Shown here piece after piece: positions 25,810 through 39,300 of a stretch of DNA of 64,000 bases; positions within the stretch are counted from its first letter, which is position 1, and every line of letters starts with the position of its first letter. Source of the stretch: Vicugna vicugna (lineage: Eukaryota); contig MU062062.1 in NCBI GenBank assembly GCA_013265495.1, positions 963,651-1,027,650 on the forward strand, read 5' to 3'. The notes beneath the pieces were generated by a model. It was given only the letters and a program-made list of their open reading frames with translations, did not search any database and was not told the origin of the DNA. The translations under genes were made by a program, and so were the position numbers.

Positions 25810-26110
25810 ACAGTAAGTTAGACTGAGTCCAAATCCGTGCCTGGTATCCTTGTAAGAAGAACACACACACACACACACACACACAGGTGAGAGGACCATC
25901 TGGCATGGAGTCAGAAACTGGAGTGATGCGTGTGCAGCCCCAGGAGTGACAGGGACCCCAGCAGCACCTGAGAGCCGGGAGAGGCAGGGAGGACCCCAGT
26001 TCTCCCACGACGCTGGGCTCCTGGGCTCCAGAGTTAGGAGAGAATACATTCTCTTGTTTTCAGCCACTTGCTTTGGGATCATTGTCACGGTGTCCCCAGA
26101 AGACGACTGC
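25810..26110 (+). mobile_element. MaLR LTR fragment, MLT1C-like, containing an expanded (CA)n
   Basis: tccaaatccgtgcctggtatccttgtaagaaga, then (CA)12, then ggagtcagaaactggagtgatgcg...ctccagagttaggagagaatacattctcttgttttcagccac...ttgtcacgg, collinear with MLT1C. Confidence 0.8.
25861..25885. repeat. (AC)n microsatellite
   Basis: About 12 perfect AC units. Confidence 0.95.
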
Positions 26111-26114
26111 GTGC

Positions 26115-26700
26115 CTCTTCACAGTCATGGCCACCTCCCCTGTGCACCCTGGCAACCTCCCTCTGTTCCCCATTTCCCTCCTCTTGTCATTTTGATCCCG
26201 CGGCATCAGCGGGACTGGTACACTGGTAAGACTGGCTTCTTGTACTTGATATAATGATCTCGAGATCCATTCATGAGGAAGGAAGAGTGGGTGTCCATTG
26301 CTGACTTTTTTTTAGCTGAGTATAATCCGTGGAGTGGGTGGACCACGGTCTGTTCATCGCTCATCTACGTTTAGCTTTTTAAAGGAACTGCCACACCATT
26401 CTCCAGAGCTGGCCGTACTACGTCACAGTCCCACCAGCAACGTGTAAGAGCCGCCCTCCGCGTCCCCACCAGCATTTGACGCTGGTGCTGTCTTTTATTT
26501 TAGCTGATCTAACTGGTGTGTAGTACAACTCACCAGGGTTTTAAACGTGCGTTTCCCTCACAGCTAGTGATACGGCACATTTTCCCCTGTGCTTTGCCGT
26601 CCATATACCCTTTCAGTGAAATGCCTCTTAATGTCTTTTGCCCACTTTCTAATGAGGTTTCTAAATGTTGAGTGTAAGAGTTCTTTACGCTTCTTCAAGA
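26115..26700 (-). mobile_element. Old L1M 3' region / ORF2 C-terminus, antisense
   Basis: ccctggcaacc...gactggcttcttgtacttgatataatgatctcgagatccattcatg...ttagctttttaaaggaactgccacaccattctccagag...cagtcccaccagcaacgtgtaagag...gtcttttgcccactttctaatg are typical antisense L1 blocks. Confidence 0.85.
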
Positions 26701-27505
26701 GTTTAAGAGTGTGTCAGTTTCTTTAAGAAACTAAACATACACTTTTCCAATTTCACTTCCACTGGACGCCCCCCGCCCCCTGTATTATTTTTGGAGCGTC
26801 ATGGGTTTTCCTTGGCCAGAAGAGAGTTGTGGTACAGTGAAAAAAATTTAGGCAGGATTTTTATGTAAAGGGAGCGGATGACACATTTATTTTGGCCCTT
26901 TCTTGAACTCCCACTGTAAAATATGGAAAAAGATATTTTGAAAGATATAAACTCACAAATTTTCCTTCAAAGGGGGTAGGAAAGAAAAGCAGCTATGTTT
27001 TGGAAGCTAAGCAGAGATATTTCTATTTCCAGAAATAAGGCACATCAGGTTATTCAGATCATCTTCCCCTTGGAACGTAATAAAATGATGATTGAATTCT
27101 AAAGGAGCTTATTTTGAAATTGCTGGCTAGCTGACAGGATGAGTAACTGTCAGGATGGACAATAAGCCTGTAAGCAGAGGGTTTGTCCAGACACAGGGCT
27201 TCTGTCCCGTGGGCGGCAGCTGAACCGGCAAATGTGAAACTCCCTGGGCTCTGTGATGCAGAGACAGGCGCACCTGGGGGCTTCAGCGGGAAGCCTTGTC
27301 CCCGTGGAGCTGGGATCAGGAGACTGAATCTGACATAAACCCCACCAAACACAAAGAATTAACTCACATACTTGGGGAAGAGGGGTATCCTGTCTGATAC
27401 GGGGCAGATAACGGAACAAAATGAGACAAAGACAAGACCAAAAACCTACAGCAAAATCATAATTATTTACTTTTTTTAAAGATCTGTTTCTTCTTTTTTT
27501 AAAAT

Positions 27506-27635
27506 CTTTTTTTGGGGGGCGGGGGGCAGAGGTCACTGGGTTTACTTACTTATTTATGATGGAGGGCCTGGGGCTCGAGCCCAGGGCCTTGTGTGTGCTT
27601 GGCACGCGCTCTACCGCCGAGCTGTTCCCACCCCC
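27506..27635 (-). mobile_element. Camelid tRNA-derived SINE (Vic-1-like)
   Basis: tttttttggggggcgggggg...gaggtcactgggtttacttacttatttatgatggagggcctggggctcgagcccagggccttgtgtgtgcttggcacgcgctctaccgccgagctgttcccacccc matches the antisense Vic-1 layout as I recall it (tRNA-like head, GG-rich linker, T tail). Confidence 0.8.
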
Positions 27636-27859
27636 ACCCGTATTGTTAAATGTTGAAACCTTCTGCTTTCAGGTCAGGAACAGGCCTGGCTGCTGCGGAC
27701 GCCTCTCCTTAGCATCACAGAGGCACCTGGGGAGAAAAGAAGGAAGGAAGCTGCCTCCTCCCTCGGGTTGTACAACTGCGCGTGGAGCGGGCTCCTCAGA
27801 ATCCGGGGGTGACCGGGAGAGCAGACCGGGGGGTGAGTGGTGGGAGAAGGCGCCCTGGG

Positions 27860-28420
27860 GGCCTTGGTGGAGGAATTTGAGTTGAGCTCCTACTTGGAAG
27901 GAAACAGAGTGGAGGATTTGGAGGACGAGAGAGGCATGATGGGACTGACATGGTTTAGAAAAAAATCATCTTCTTGTTATAGGAAGGCAAGGGCAGGGGC
28001 AAGGAGACCGAGGGCAGCAGCTGCAACGGGGGCGAGATGAGGGGCTGGGACTGGGCGCGGGGTTGCTCAGCTGTGCAAACCGCAGGGCCTGCGGGTCCCA
28101 GCTGACCAGGTGCTGAGCTCAGAGACAGAGAAATCAAGAAAGGGTTTTGGTCTGTATCTTCAATAAAAGGTGAGTAATAATAACACCATTTACAGAAATT
28201 GGGAGGACAGGAATTCAGATACAGTTGAGGGAGCAGATCCCCGGATGACTGTTTTGTTTGAGACACCCGGTAAAATCAGGCGGGCTTCTCGAGTGAGCGG
28301 TTAGACCGATGGGTCTGGGCTAGAGACAGCCATTTGGGGTTTTCCAGCATCTAGTTGGTAATTGAAGTCACGGGTTTAGATGAGTTCTTTCTGGGAGAGG
28401 ATGTGGAAAAGAAGCAGGGG
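27860..28420 (-). mobile_element. L2 fragment, antisense
   Basis: caccatttacagaaattggga... and ggtctgggctagagacagccatttggggttttccagcatctagttggtaattgaagtcacgggtttagatgag match the antisense L2 core; left boundary uncertain. Confidence 0.75.
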
Positions 28421-30249
28421 AGCCAAGCCAGCAGCTGGGTTTGGGCGAGCAGGAAGGTGCAGAGAGAGCGGGGAGGGGGTGACTGGTGTGCGCGAGAAAA
28501 CCCAGAGAAGGCGGTTTCGGGGGCACAGTGACCACTGCTTTCCCCTGCTGCCGCCAAGACGGGCGGGAAGAGGACGGGGAGTGGACCGCTGGGGGGCAGT
28601 AGCAGGGAGCCTCCAAAGACACTGAATGCAGTTTATTTTGTTGGACGGAGAGTGGAAAAATAATGCACTTTTTTCACGGGAGGGAACTTTTTTTTTAAGA
28701 TGGGAGACGTGATGGTGTGATACCCATTAGAGCGAAAATAGGAGGAAAGGGGCGGATTTGAGACAGCACATTAGGGGCATGTCAGCCTCCACAGTCACGC
28801 GAGCCAGTCCGCATAATGAATGTCCTTTTATGTGTACTTGTACTGCAGAATGCACGTGTACCACGTGTATACAATCCCCACCTGTGGGACACGCACGGTG
28901 ATGCTGTGGCCGTGGGCTGTACGTATGTACTCGGGGCCCAGATAGGTGCACCCGCCATCTCCCTCTCTGCTCCTCTTCCCAGGGAAGGGGAGGGATGCTC
29001 CACCAGCCGCTTCCCAGCCCCGCCCTGCGGGACCGGGACTCAGGCTGTGGACTTGGCAGCTTCTCACTGGGTTTCAGTTGCTTCACCTGTGAATTCAGGT
29101 GAACAAATCCCTAAACCATGCTAGCTGGTCTTTGCAAAACTAAAATGAAGTAAGAGCGACAAAGAGAGAACTGACAAAGACGAGGCACTGTACAAAGAGA
29201 CGGCGTTGTCCACGTTACTGTTTCTGTTTTGTGTGTAGAGAATCAGAGCAAGCGAGATACTGTTTCAGAGGTTGTAGCCGTCCTTGCTTCATGCATGTGA
29301 ATTGCTCACCCCGTGCGGTACTGTCCTTTGTCTTTGTTGGAAATGAAAGTCCCGCTGTAAAACCGAATGCTTTCCCGGAAGAGTTGATGCAAAAGTATTC
29401 TCCTAAACTTACTTAATAGAGGCAGATTCCAAAGAGGACTGAGAAAACAACTTCTTAACAGTAAGAACAGGAAGGATGCAAAAGCACGGGTCCCTGTGTC
29501 CTTACCTGACGGAGGGTCGCACCTCCCTTACGTGCCAGGAGGAGCCCCCGGGCGTCCACTGAGCGAGACGACAGGTGTGCCTGAGGAGGATGGCGGGATG
29601 ACCGCGGGGGGCTCTCTGCAGGTTTAGGTGGGGGGGGGGTAGCAAAAGAGACTTAAGTCAATGAAGCACCGAAGAACCTTAACACACTGGGATCACCCCT
29701 CAAGGCCAACTTGAAGCGGAAGACTTTCTAGTAGTTTTACGTCAAAGCAAAGCTTGTCTCAGCTTTAGCTTCGGTTTATCTTGCAGGAATGACTGCGCTT
29801 TTCTCTGACACTGGGATTTTTCATGTGTGCTGGAGAGAGAGGAGGGAGGGACAGGTGATCCAAATGTAATAGAGATGGGGCTTAAGGAATGTTCTTTTCA
29901 CAACAACTTTTAGAAGTAACATTGTCTAAGAGAGGCGTATCTCATGCCTATCTGAACACAATTCTTTCAAGTGGGAACTTCCGACAAGCAAACATGATCC
30001 TCGTCACTGTTGTTCGGATGTCATCTGCACACTGCGCGAAGAGCATCCGTTAATCATTCGGAAGCCTCTCATCCCCTTCCGTCCCGTCGTCTGACACCTG
30101 AGATGCTAATGCGCAGAGCCATGTGCGGAGGGCGCTCTCCTGTCACAGAGGGGCCGCAGCGGCGGCTGGGGGCTCTCGGCCCTTTTACAATGAGCAGGCG
30201 GCCAAGGAGGAGCAAGGGCCTGTCCGTCACATCAGAGCTGTCCCTCCCA

Positions 30250-30620
30250 CTGACTGGCCTCTTCTCAGTTGTTCACTTTTGTGCCAAACGCCCCTTTCCA
30301 GCGCGCGCCTCTCTCTGCCCTCGCATCGCGGCCGGTCCCCGAGTCTCGCGGGCGGGCGGGCCGGCTCTGCGCACGTGGACGGCCCTGCTCGCGGGGCCGG
30401 CGCGTCTCCGTCTCCTGTCTCGGGGCCCTTAGGTCACGGGTGAAGCCTGTGAGCTGGAACAGGAATGGCCGTGACGAGAAGCTACCTGCTTTACATGCTA
30501 ATTCCTAGCCAGGACGGCTCTGCGGGCTGACTCCGCGCCGTACTTCCCCGCAGGCTGCAAAGCCGTGCGTGGTCCGGGTGTCGCTTACACGGGGAAGAGT
30601 TAGCGCAGGAAGAGAGTCCT
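30250..30620. promoter_or_regulatory. CpG-dense block, candidate CpG island/enhancer
   Basis: Dense CpG runs (ccagcgcgcgcc, ctcgcgggcgggcggg, tgcgcacgtgg with an E-box); judged by eye, CpG o/e not computed. Confidence 0.4.
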
Positions 30621-33600
30621 CTCCGCTTGAGTCGCGTGGTGGCCACCTGGCCAGTTCAGGTGCGGCTCGGTCATCCTGCTCCCTCGCTCTGCAGGCAGAT
30701 CTAGACGCGTTTTCTCAAGCCAGAATCCGGAGCTTTGCGTGGCCAGGGGGACATCTGATGGGTTCGTAAGTCAGTCTGCCTATTACTCACCAGAGCCTCT
30801 GGCCTTATTCGCCGTGGCCCAGGAGGGCTTTGGCCACTGAAGTCCTCACGGATGGAGGTCCCCCATAGACCGGCCACATGCCGCAGAGCGGAATGCACGG
30901 TCTCTCCTGCTGTGCGAAGGAGAGACCCTCCCCCCTTCCCTCACCACCGGCCTGAGGAGCCAGATCGCTCCTGAAAGCCAGCTTCCCAGCTCCAGGCTAA
31001 TGAAGACTTTCTTGCCCACCCTGTGCCCCCTAAACAGAGAGAGGAAGGTAACGAGGAAGACTCAGAAGCAGCCACCGGGTGAGCAGGCACACAGGAGAAC
31101 GGGCTTCCCAGCCAGCAGGGTGTCCCTGCTCTGTCATCACAGAAGGTGGCTGTTTAGAAAGAAATGTGGACTTTGCTCTCACCTAATGAAGCTCTGCCAT
31201 TTTTAGACGCTGTCACACTGTGATCGCCACGGTTGCATTTGAAGGTAACGGCAGCCGGTGTTCTGCACATTATTTTTAGCATGAGGTCTTAAGTTGGGCA
31301 GCAGGGCCCTCCTGCCTCCCGAGGGTCTTGTTAAAATGAGCTGTGTCCCTGCAGAGGCGAGCTCAGGAAGCAACGTTTTCATTTCTTAATCAGCCTACAC
31401 GCGTTGCCGTATGAGAAACAGTTCTGAGAACAAATCCTCTGTCAGGACCGTGGCTCCCTCCTTGACAGCAAAATCCCAGTGACAAAGTGTTGGGAGGAAA
31501 TGGTCTTCGACTGGACGACGACGAGAGTTTTCAGCTCTCTAATGAGGAAGCAAGGAGGCCGCTCCTCAGCTCAGAAGTTTCTGCCCCGTCAGACCGGCCT
31601 CTCCTTTGAATGAAGCAATATCACAGTGTGTTGCCACTTAATGAAGTTGTGAATATTCACCCTCATTTTGAACCCAGGCTGAGCATTAACTGCTTCAAAC
31701 AGAAAACGCTGGGATTCTGAGAACCCATTTGAAACTAGGCCCCTTTTGAACTAGTCAAAGTTGATTTTATAACTGGCAAGCAGGCAGACCTGTGACAAAA
31801 CAGAGCTCAGTCCCTCCGTGCTGTTTCACCGTGCTACACGGGGTCTCCTGCCGAGAGCACCCCCGGAGTCTCACGCAGAGGTCCCTGGGTTCCAGGCAAA
31901 CACGCGCGGCTCTGTGATGAGTGCCACGTTCCGCCTCCTGCAGTCACAGTGCGGGCCGCTTCATCGAGCTGTGGTGGGGTGGCGGTCCGGCCCAGCCGCC
32001 CCCTCCGACTCTGGTTCTTCCATTCTGGGTGAGCCTGGGAGCCCATTCCTTTGTGGTGGAGACGACAAAGCCAGGTCCACCTCAGGACGCTGCCCCGAGA
32101 CCTGCCCCTGTGAGGTCATTGTGTTCGCAGACGGCGGCTCACCCGGACACCAGGCTGCGCTGGAGCCCAGGTGCCAGCGTCGGTGCAGCCGGAACGACTT
32201 GTTCTGTGTGGCACTGAAGTGGGTCAGTGTCCCTGATGCTCTGTCTAGCAAACTGACGGTGAAGCTGACCGTGCCCTGTTGAGGAGAACTAGGTTCTATG
32301 GGTTGGTTCTGTTGAGAAGAGCTTCGCAGGGGAGGAGGAGTTGCAAGATCAACAAAGAAAAGGCTCTGAGCAAGGTCGATGCTCGATGTTTTGTTACTAT
32401 CCTGGGACCCCCCCAAACCGACACTTGGCCAAGGGGCCTTGGTGAGGCCCGGAGTGTCTGTTCATAGAACTGAGCGGCCAGAGGAAGCAATCAACCTAGT
32501 GGTCAGAGGCGGTGGTACCACCAGCCCCGCCCGTCGTCGTGGGTCCTGGGTAACAGCCACACGCTGCAAAGTAGGAAGAAGAGAAACGAGATGAGCAAGT
32601 GGCCAAGAGGAAGCAAAGCCACCCCCCCCAGAGGCAGCAGAAGTGGCCACTGGGACCTAACGGTCTGCTTGGTGTGTGGGGATTGATCTGGGAAACAAGC
32701 AAACAGAAACAAACCCTTTGGCAAGTTGGGAGTTAGGGGACCAGTTACTGGCGCAGTGCTGACCAGCAGCCAGGCCGCCGTGCACTCAGCGGCCCGAGTT
32801 TGCTGGAACTGATGCACGAGGACAGCCCTCTGTTCTCGGGCGGGCCAGAGCTGCTGGACGTGACGTCTCAAGATGAAAGCCTGGAAGAGTCTCTGGCCCT
32901 TCAGCCAGCCGCCCTCTCTCTGTGTCCCAGGTCCGTGACACGGAAGGACTAACTGCCCGCCCTTCCCGACAGAACCAGACACAGCTGTCTGCCCACCCAC
33001 GGTCAGGGCTGTCCCCGGGGCTGCTGATACAGGCTGTGCTGGCGCTCAGGGAGGCCCTCCTCGCTCCCACAGTGGACTGCGGACGTGTCCAGAACAACCA
33101 AGGGTCAGGGGCAGCCCATGTGAACATACACTGTCACGCAGTCAGTTAACCAGGGGGCGTGGCCTACTGTGTCCCTACCAGCCCTCGCCGCAGACGGGCT
33201 CGCACTGCAGGCGGTCATCGGTGTGGTTAGTCCTCATCCAACCCCAGGCGCGGGGGCAGCTCACTTTAGGAAACTTGCCAAGGTTAAGAAAACGTGGACT
33301 AGGCATGTCTCACCACAGTTCTTCACCTGATTCCAGCGTGGGATCAAGGACAGACCTGGCATGAAAGAGGTGGCCCTGAGCCATCTCATCCTCAGGTGCC
33401 CGAGTCCTGCCCGTGGACGGGAGATGGCCAGCGCCTGTCACAGGCACGCACTGCCCCTCGGACTCTGTTCACCTGTCTCTCCTTTTCCTTCTTCTCTTGG
33501 CCCTTCTCCCTCTGCTGTCCTCGGAGCCTCCAGAGCTTTTCTCGTGAGCTCTGATTTCTCAGGAGAGTGATAGACTGGGGTGTTGTAGACAATGATAGTC

Positions 33601-36199
33601 CTGGCTAAACAGTGTCACTGAATTATTTCCTTTTTCTTGCGAAGTTCTCTGTGAACTGTGAGCTCATTTCCCTGTCTTGTCGCCGTCCGCAGAGGGCAAT
33701 GAGCCCAATCAAACATGCCTCTCGTGTTTGCACACTGTCCCGGGTCTTGGGTCATCATTCCTAGTATAAATCTCGTTGACGTTTAGATTAAATGTAGAGC
33801 AGGAGTTTATTCTGGGAAGAAGCAACCTGGGGACACACACTCGGTGTGGTTTCTGAGATCAGCCTGAAACGTGACGTGATTTTTCTCTTTCTTCGACTTA
33901 CGGAAGGCGACAGACCAGCGAACGTGTGGGCCAACTGATCCTTCTGATCAGTAGAGTCTGGTTCATTCGAAAAGATGTCCCTTTCATCTCGGCCCTTAAA
34001 ACATGTAAGGCTCAGCCCCTTGCTGAAGACCAGCCTCTCGGAGCGCGACAACTTTTTGTGTGGCTTTGAATCCAGCTCACGCCAAAGGCAGGACACACAA
34101 GACAGACAGCTTTTCTCTTCAGGTTAATTGTGAAGAATCTCTTAAACAGCCCCCCATCGCAGAGAGCCCCGAGCACCATCTTCCCTGTTTGCAGATGTTC
34201 ATTTGAACAGTCAGAACCGCTCCCTACACCGCCCCCAGGTACCTGCCCCCGGCTGTGTGTCTCTGATATGAAATAAGCCTGGGTTATCCTGGTGGCCCTA
34301 AGTCAGCACCTGAGACGTGACACTTGGAGCAGACATCTCGTGATGGTTCTGATAAGGCTCTGGAACCTTCCTCCCCCTCTGAGTGCAAAAATGTTTGTGT
34401 AAAATCAGATCAAATAAAAGGTCTCTCCCCGGTCCCTCGGCAAAATCATCTTTCACTTAGTGAAGTTAAGCAAATATTGGCCTGGCTCTGTAGGGTTTAA
34501 CCTTTCGAATGTGCGCTGTGAGTTCATCCTTTGTTTGAAAAAGAAAAGGCACTTTGAAATCATGGTTTCGCCTCTCTGAGGAGTTTATTCTCTGCCAGTC
34601 TCCAAGGAGGCTCCTGCTCTGCTGTTAGGTCTGGGTGGGGAGCTGGACGAGGACGAGAGAGAGACGGGGAAGCCGCCTTACAAGCAGGCCACACCGAGCG
34701 AAGGATGCGGAAGGGGGCGTGGGGGCGCTCCTCACGCACGTAAACTTCCACTGGAGAGCATCAGCACAGCTTTAAAAATAGAATTAACGTTTGCTAAAAA
34801 TAGTATCGACTGCAAGTGTTTCCAGTGAGAGCAAAACAAAAATCAGGCCATTGGGATATTTCAAAAACATGATGGTGTCAGTTGTGCTAAGGTGGCGCAT
34901 GGAGAGGACACGGGGGCCGTGCGTGTGCTGGACCCTCGGCCGGAGCTGTCCTGTCACTGCTGGGCCTGGAGGAAACCACCCTCCCTGAGGGGCCCCGTTA
35001 GAAACTGGAATTTTTGGAAACATTACAAAACGTCGGGAAATACAGTCTCCCACCGAGGGGAGGCATTCCAGGTTGCAGGGCGTGGATTTGCTCCTCAGAA
35101 GCACATGCTGGCGAGGACGTGAGGTGGGAGGCAGGACTGGGGTGGGGGAGGTCTCCCACGGTGCCGAGGGCGGGAGGCGCAGACCCTGGCGGTGGACCAG
35201 GCCTCCCCTCCGAGGGGAGAACGGCTGAATCTGAGACAGTGGAGGAGGCAGCGTCCACCAGCACCTCGGCACCACCTTCCTGCCTGGCTCGCCCAGGCTG
35301 CACTTCCAAGGGCATCGTGGCTACAGTGTCCACCTGCGCAGACAGAGGAGGCAGTTGTCAGGTGCCGCGGCTCCAGATCCGAGGCCACAGGAAGCTGCCC
35401 AGAAATAGGGGCGCTGGGTCCCGCCTTCTGGGCCAGACTTTGTGTGCAGATGTTGGTTTCCTGCAGTTCATCCACGGAACACCCCTGTTCTCACGGTGGG
35501 AGGCACGCACCTCTGCTGGCTCCCCTTGTCAGGCCGTGGGCAACACGAGACGTTCAAAATCATTGTAAAAACTCAGTGAAAAGAGAATAGGGTGAAACTT
35601 TCCCCTAAAGAATAAAACTGCTAAATAACTTTTGACCCCTTTGAAAAATAGTAGAAGCAGCTCAAGATAATAATTAAAAAAAAAAAGGCAAGAGAGACTA
35701 TGCTGTGTGACCAGCAGTGAGCGGGCAGCCTGAATGGTGACAAAGTATGTGCTTGGAACAAATAAAGGATGCTGTGCTTTTATCCTTAAAAACGTTTTTT
35801 TTCCTCATGTGAACAGCCAAGAGTTGGCCATGGCTTCCCCACTCCAAACCACCTCCTTTAACATGGAAAGAGGATTTCTGTACTTCATTATTTGCATGGA
35901 GCTTACTGAAAACCAAATTTCTGGGTTTTTGTGTCAGAAAAACATAAGCACTCATATTATTTGATTAGACTTGATGAACAGTGGCGACTGAGTGCAGGGA
36001 CCTTGACTCTAATTGCGCTGCCCAGCCGTCAGCACGCCCCTGCTGGTTCTCCTTCGGCTTCTGTTTCCTCATTGTAGGTGGAGAGACAAAGGAACCAAAT
36101 TCTCTGCAGCACAAAAAAGGGAGGAGCTGGGTGCATGATAAACAGGGATGTGACAGGTCAAATGATGATCGGTACACACAGAGGTGGCAGAGGAGACGG

Positions 36200-36390
36200 A
36201 AGAGGGAGACGATGGATGAGAGATGCTCGGTGATGAATAGATGGTGGAGCCGTAACAGGCGATAGAGACAGACAGAGGACAGACAGACACACGACAGACA
36301 CGTGGGTGATGGGTGGGTGGGGATGGATGATTGAACAATGATCAATAGAGATAACAGATGGTTAGTTAGACAGACAGACAGACAGGCACG
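36200..36390. repeat. Degenerate (GGAT/GATA/GACA)n low-complexity tract
   Basis: gatggatgagagatg...gatagagacagacagaggacagacagac...gatgggtgggtggggatggatg...agacagacagacagacag. Confidence 0.8.
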
Positions 36391-39300
36391 TCAGCCGAGC
36401 ACTGACCCACAGCCCTGCGCCCTGCGTGACGGCAGGTGGTCCCAAGGAAGGATGTCAGCAGCCATGAACAGAAGAAGCTGCAAATCCTCGATCAGATTAA
36501 TCCCAGTGTTAAACTATTATCCCAAATTATAAGCTGACGCAGAAAACAGACCAACGATTCTCTTTAAAATAACTTTTTAAGGAAGAAAACACGGTGGATA
36601 CATTTCACCAAGTCATCACTGACGTCTGAAGGTGTGTGTGTGTCAGCCCACCAGGCCCCTGCGGGCGCGCTGCCTCGCTCTGCCCCGCTAGACACGCCGA
36701 TGTTACTGAGGGGCTGTGAACATCCTTGGGCCCGGGGACTCTTCCTTCTGTCACGTGTGCCTTCTGGTTAAGTCTCTCCTGATCCGTCAGCTGAGATTCC
36801 CGCATGGGTGCGACTGTGCAACAGAAATGCAACAGAAAACTGTTTTTGAGAGGCTGAATGCCAACAGTAACATTTGCAGATGTGAAGGGTCTAAGTTTCT
36901 TTAGTTTAAACAGAACTGAATGCTCGGAAGGGACAAAGAGAAAACGTGCCTTTTCCATCAAGCTCGTGTTCTGGCTTTGCAGACAGCTATATTGTAGCGG
37001 TGAGCACCCCCAAAGCGCCCCCGGCCGGGGAAGCTGAGCTGCCCGGCAGGAAGGGAGCGGCCGGGGCGGGGTGACCGCTCACATTTCTGTCACTTACCCC
37101 TGGGGTTCTGCACTTTACCTTCTATTGTGCTTATGTTTCCCTTTGAATACGTGGCACACGGATATTTACAAAGGGGAAAATATGGATTGACAAAGAATTT
37201 TTCATTATTTAGAAGAAATATAGGATTTAAACTCTGGTCGTGCGTTAAGATCCGTTTAATTTGTACACTCGGGAGGCCTCGTGTTTAGGGATCCAAACTG
37301 ACACATTTGGTACGCTTTGATAGATATCTATGAAAAATACAATTTCAGACTTTATGAAAATGTAGACGTTGAACAAAGAAAGAATTTAAACCATTATGTT
37401 AAAATTGTCCTCAACTTCCCAAGCCTGACAAAGAAAAACAAAAACACAGTCAGCAAACCAGGCAGTGTTGGCGGCAGCTTCTGTCCGGCCAGACGCACAG
37501 CCCAAGCGCCACGGGGGAGGGCAGCTCCTGGGGTAGCCAGTGTGTGTGTCACTGTCTGAGCCGATGCTCGACTTTGAGGCTCTGGGAAGTGGGGTTTGAA
37601 TGGCAGGTGCCAGTGGCCACTGGACTAAGACTGAATTTCATCAAAATTGGCAAAAGGGAGGGAAAGGTTGGCATGCCTGAGCTGCAGGAATGGCTGGAGT
37701 GGTGGCGTCTTCTCTCGGTTGATCACGTTTCCAGAGGGAACAGACAGGTCCGTCCTGCTCCCTGCCAGCCGCTCCCACGTCAGATTTAGCAGCATTGGGA
37801 AGCAGCTAATTGCTTCCAAACGGCGTCGCCATCCATGTTGAAGAGTCTCCACGCCTGTCGTGATTTGAGGCTTGGAATCCAGGGCCGTGGGGCTGGCTGA
37901 CTGGCATGGGGGAGCTCGGCCAGCCCTGAGATGGTCTTGAGGGAGGGGAGAGAAGGCGGTGGGGAGAGAAGGATGGGGACCGTCGCCCCATGGTGAGACG
38001 AGGGAGATGGTGGTGGCGATGCTTCGAAAGCTTAGAGGAAGGAGGATGCAGTTGGCTGGGTGGAGAAACGTGGAGAAGGTGCTCTCCTCTCCTTTGTGCA
38101 CGCCCCCAGTCAGAAGCGCGGTCACTGCTCCAGGACCAGCAGAGCTCAGTGGAAACAGCTGTCGTGCTGCGGCTCTGCCCTCTGGCTGGGTGGCTGGCCT
38201 GTCCACCTGGACAGTGCATGGGCCAGGACTTACCCTCGCCACCAGCTCTGTGCTTTTGGTGAAGACATGAAACCTCCGAGCATCAGTCCCCGACTAAGAT
38301 GAGGGCGTGCACCGCCCTTCTCGTCGGGTTTTGGTGAGGATCAAACAGGCAGAAAGGCTCAGGGACCGCTGCCGACGGCTCAGAGTCTGCTGACACTTCC
38401 CTCCCCCGGCTGCTGCCCGGCACCAGATGCCTGAGGTTTCAGCCCTTACCTGGCGTTGAGCAGAAAACGAGCAAGACCCGAAGCCTTCCTGACAAGCTCA
38501 GCACCTCGGTGGCACACAGGCTCCCGGCAAAGGTGATAAAATGACCACGAGGTGTCCAGGCCGCAGGGCAGAATCTGCCCTTTGCCTCAACGTGAGAACC
38601 AAGTATTCTGTTCCAACTATAGACGCACAGCTCACACACCAGTATGTGGAACATAAAAAGTGACATTAAGTTACTGTATCCACAAGGTTCCTAGCCTCGA
38701 ATCGATGAGACCGTGGACTCCTGTAGTCAGACATTTACGGCCAGGAATGCCTTTAGTTTTGCGATGCTAAACCAGCCGCTTTAGTCATTTCAGAATCTCG
38801 GCCAGTCACCCAGTTGCCGCTGATCTGCACACACGTCCGGATGGTTGTACCTGATATGGACGGGCTCCTGGAGGAGGTTAACTGAAAACACACAAGAGAG
38901 AGAGCTCAGTTGCCCTTTTAACTAAATGTCTCTGGGAAGCGTGTGACTAATAATTAAGCATCGTTCTGTCATTTTAGACAATTAGCGCTAGCCAGTAAGT
39001 GCACGTGGCTTCACGGGCTTTCCAAGCAAATGTCCCCAAGCCTCCAGGGGCCGCCTCTGTTTTCATAGTTCATATCGCTTGGGGCTTAATCCTGAAATTA
39101 CTTGATTCTCTACACCACAAGACAGTCTGTTTTCCACATGACTACAAGTCACGAACGGCGAATCTGCTAGGCCGGACCTCACCGTACCAGATCGTGTCTT
39201 TCTGAGGTTTTAGGCCAAACGTAGCAGCTTGACACGATTCAGCCAGCTTTACTGTTTCAGGGGGCCTGCACTGAGTCTCTCAGGTAAGCGCTGCCTGACA

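Noticed and set aside
26830-27470. Possible old L1 5' region
   Set aside because: Composition is suggestive but I could not align diagnostic blocks
27570-27635. tRNA gene
   Set aside because: The tRNA-like segment is the head of a SINE, attached to a SINE body and T tail, and is degenerate
29973-29982. Canonical NF-kB site GGGAACTTCC, and scattered AP-1 (TGASTCA) sites
   Set aside because: Isolated short motifs at roughly the frequency expected by chance in 64 kb
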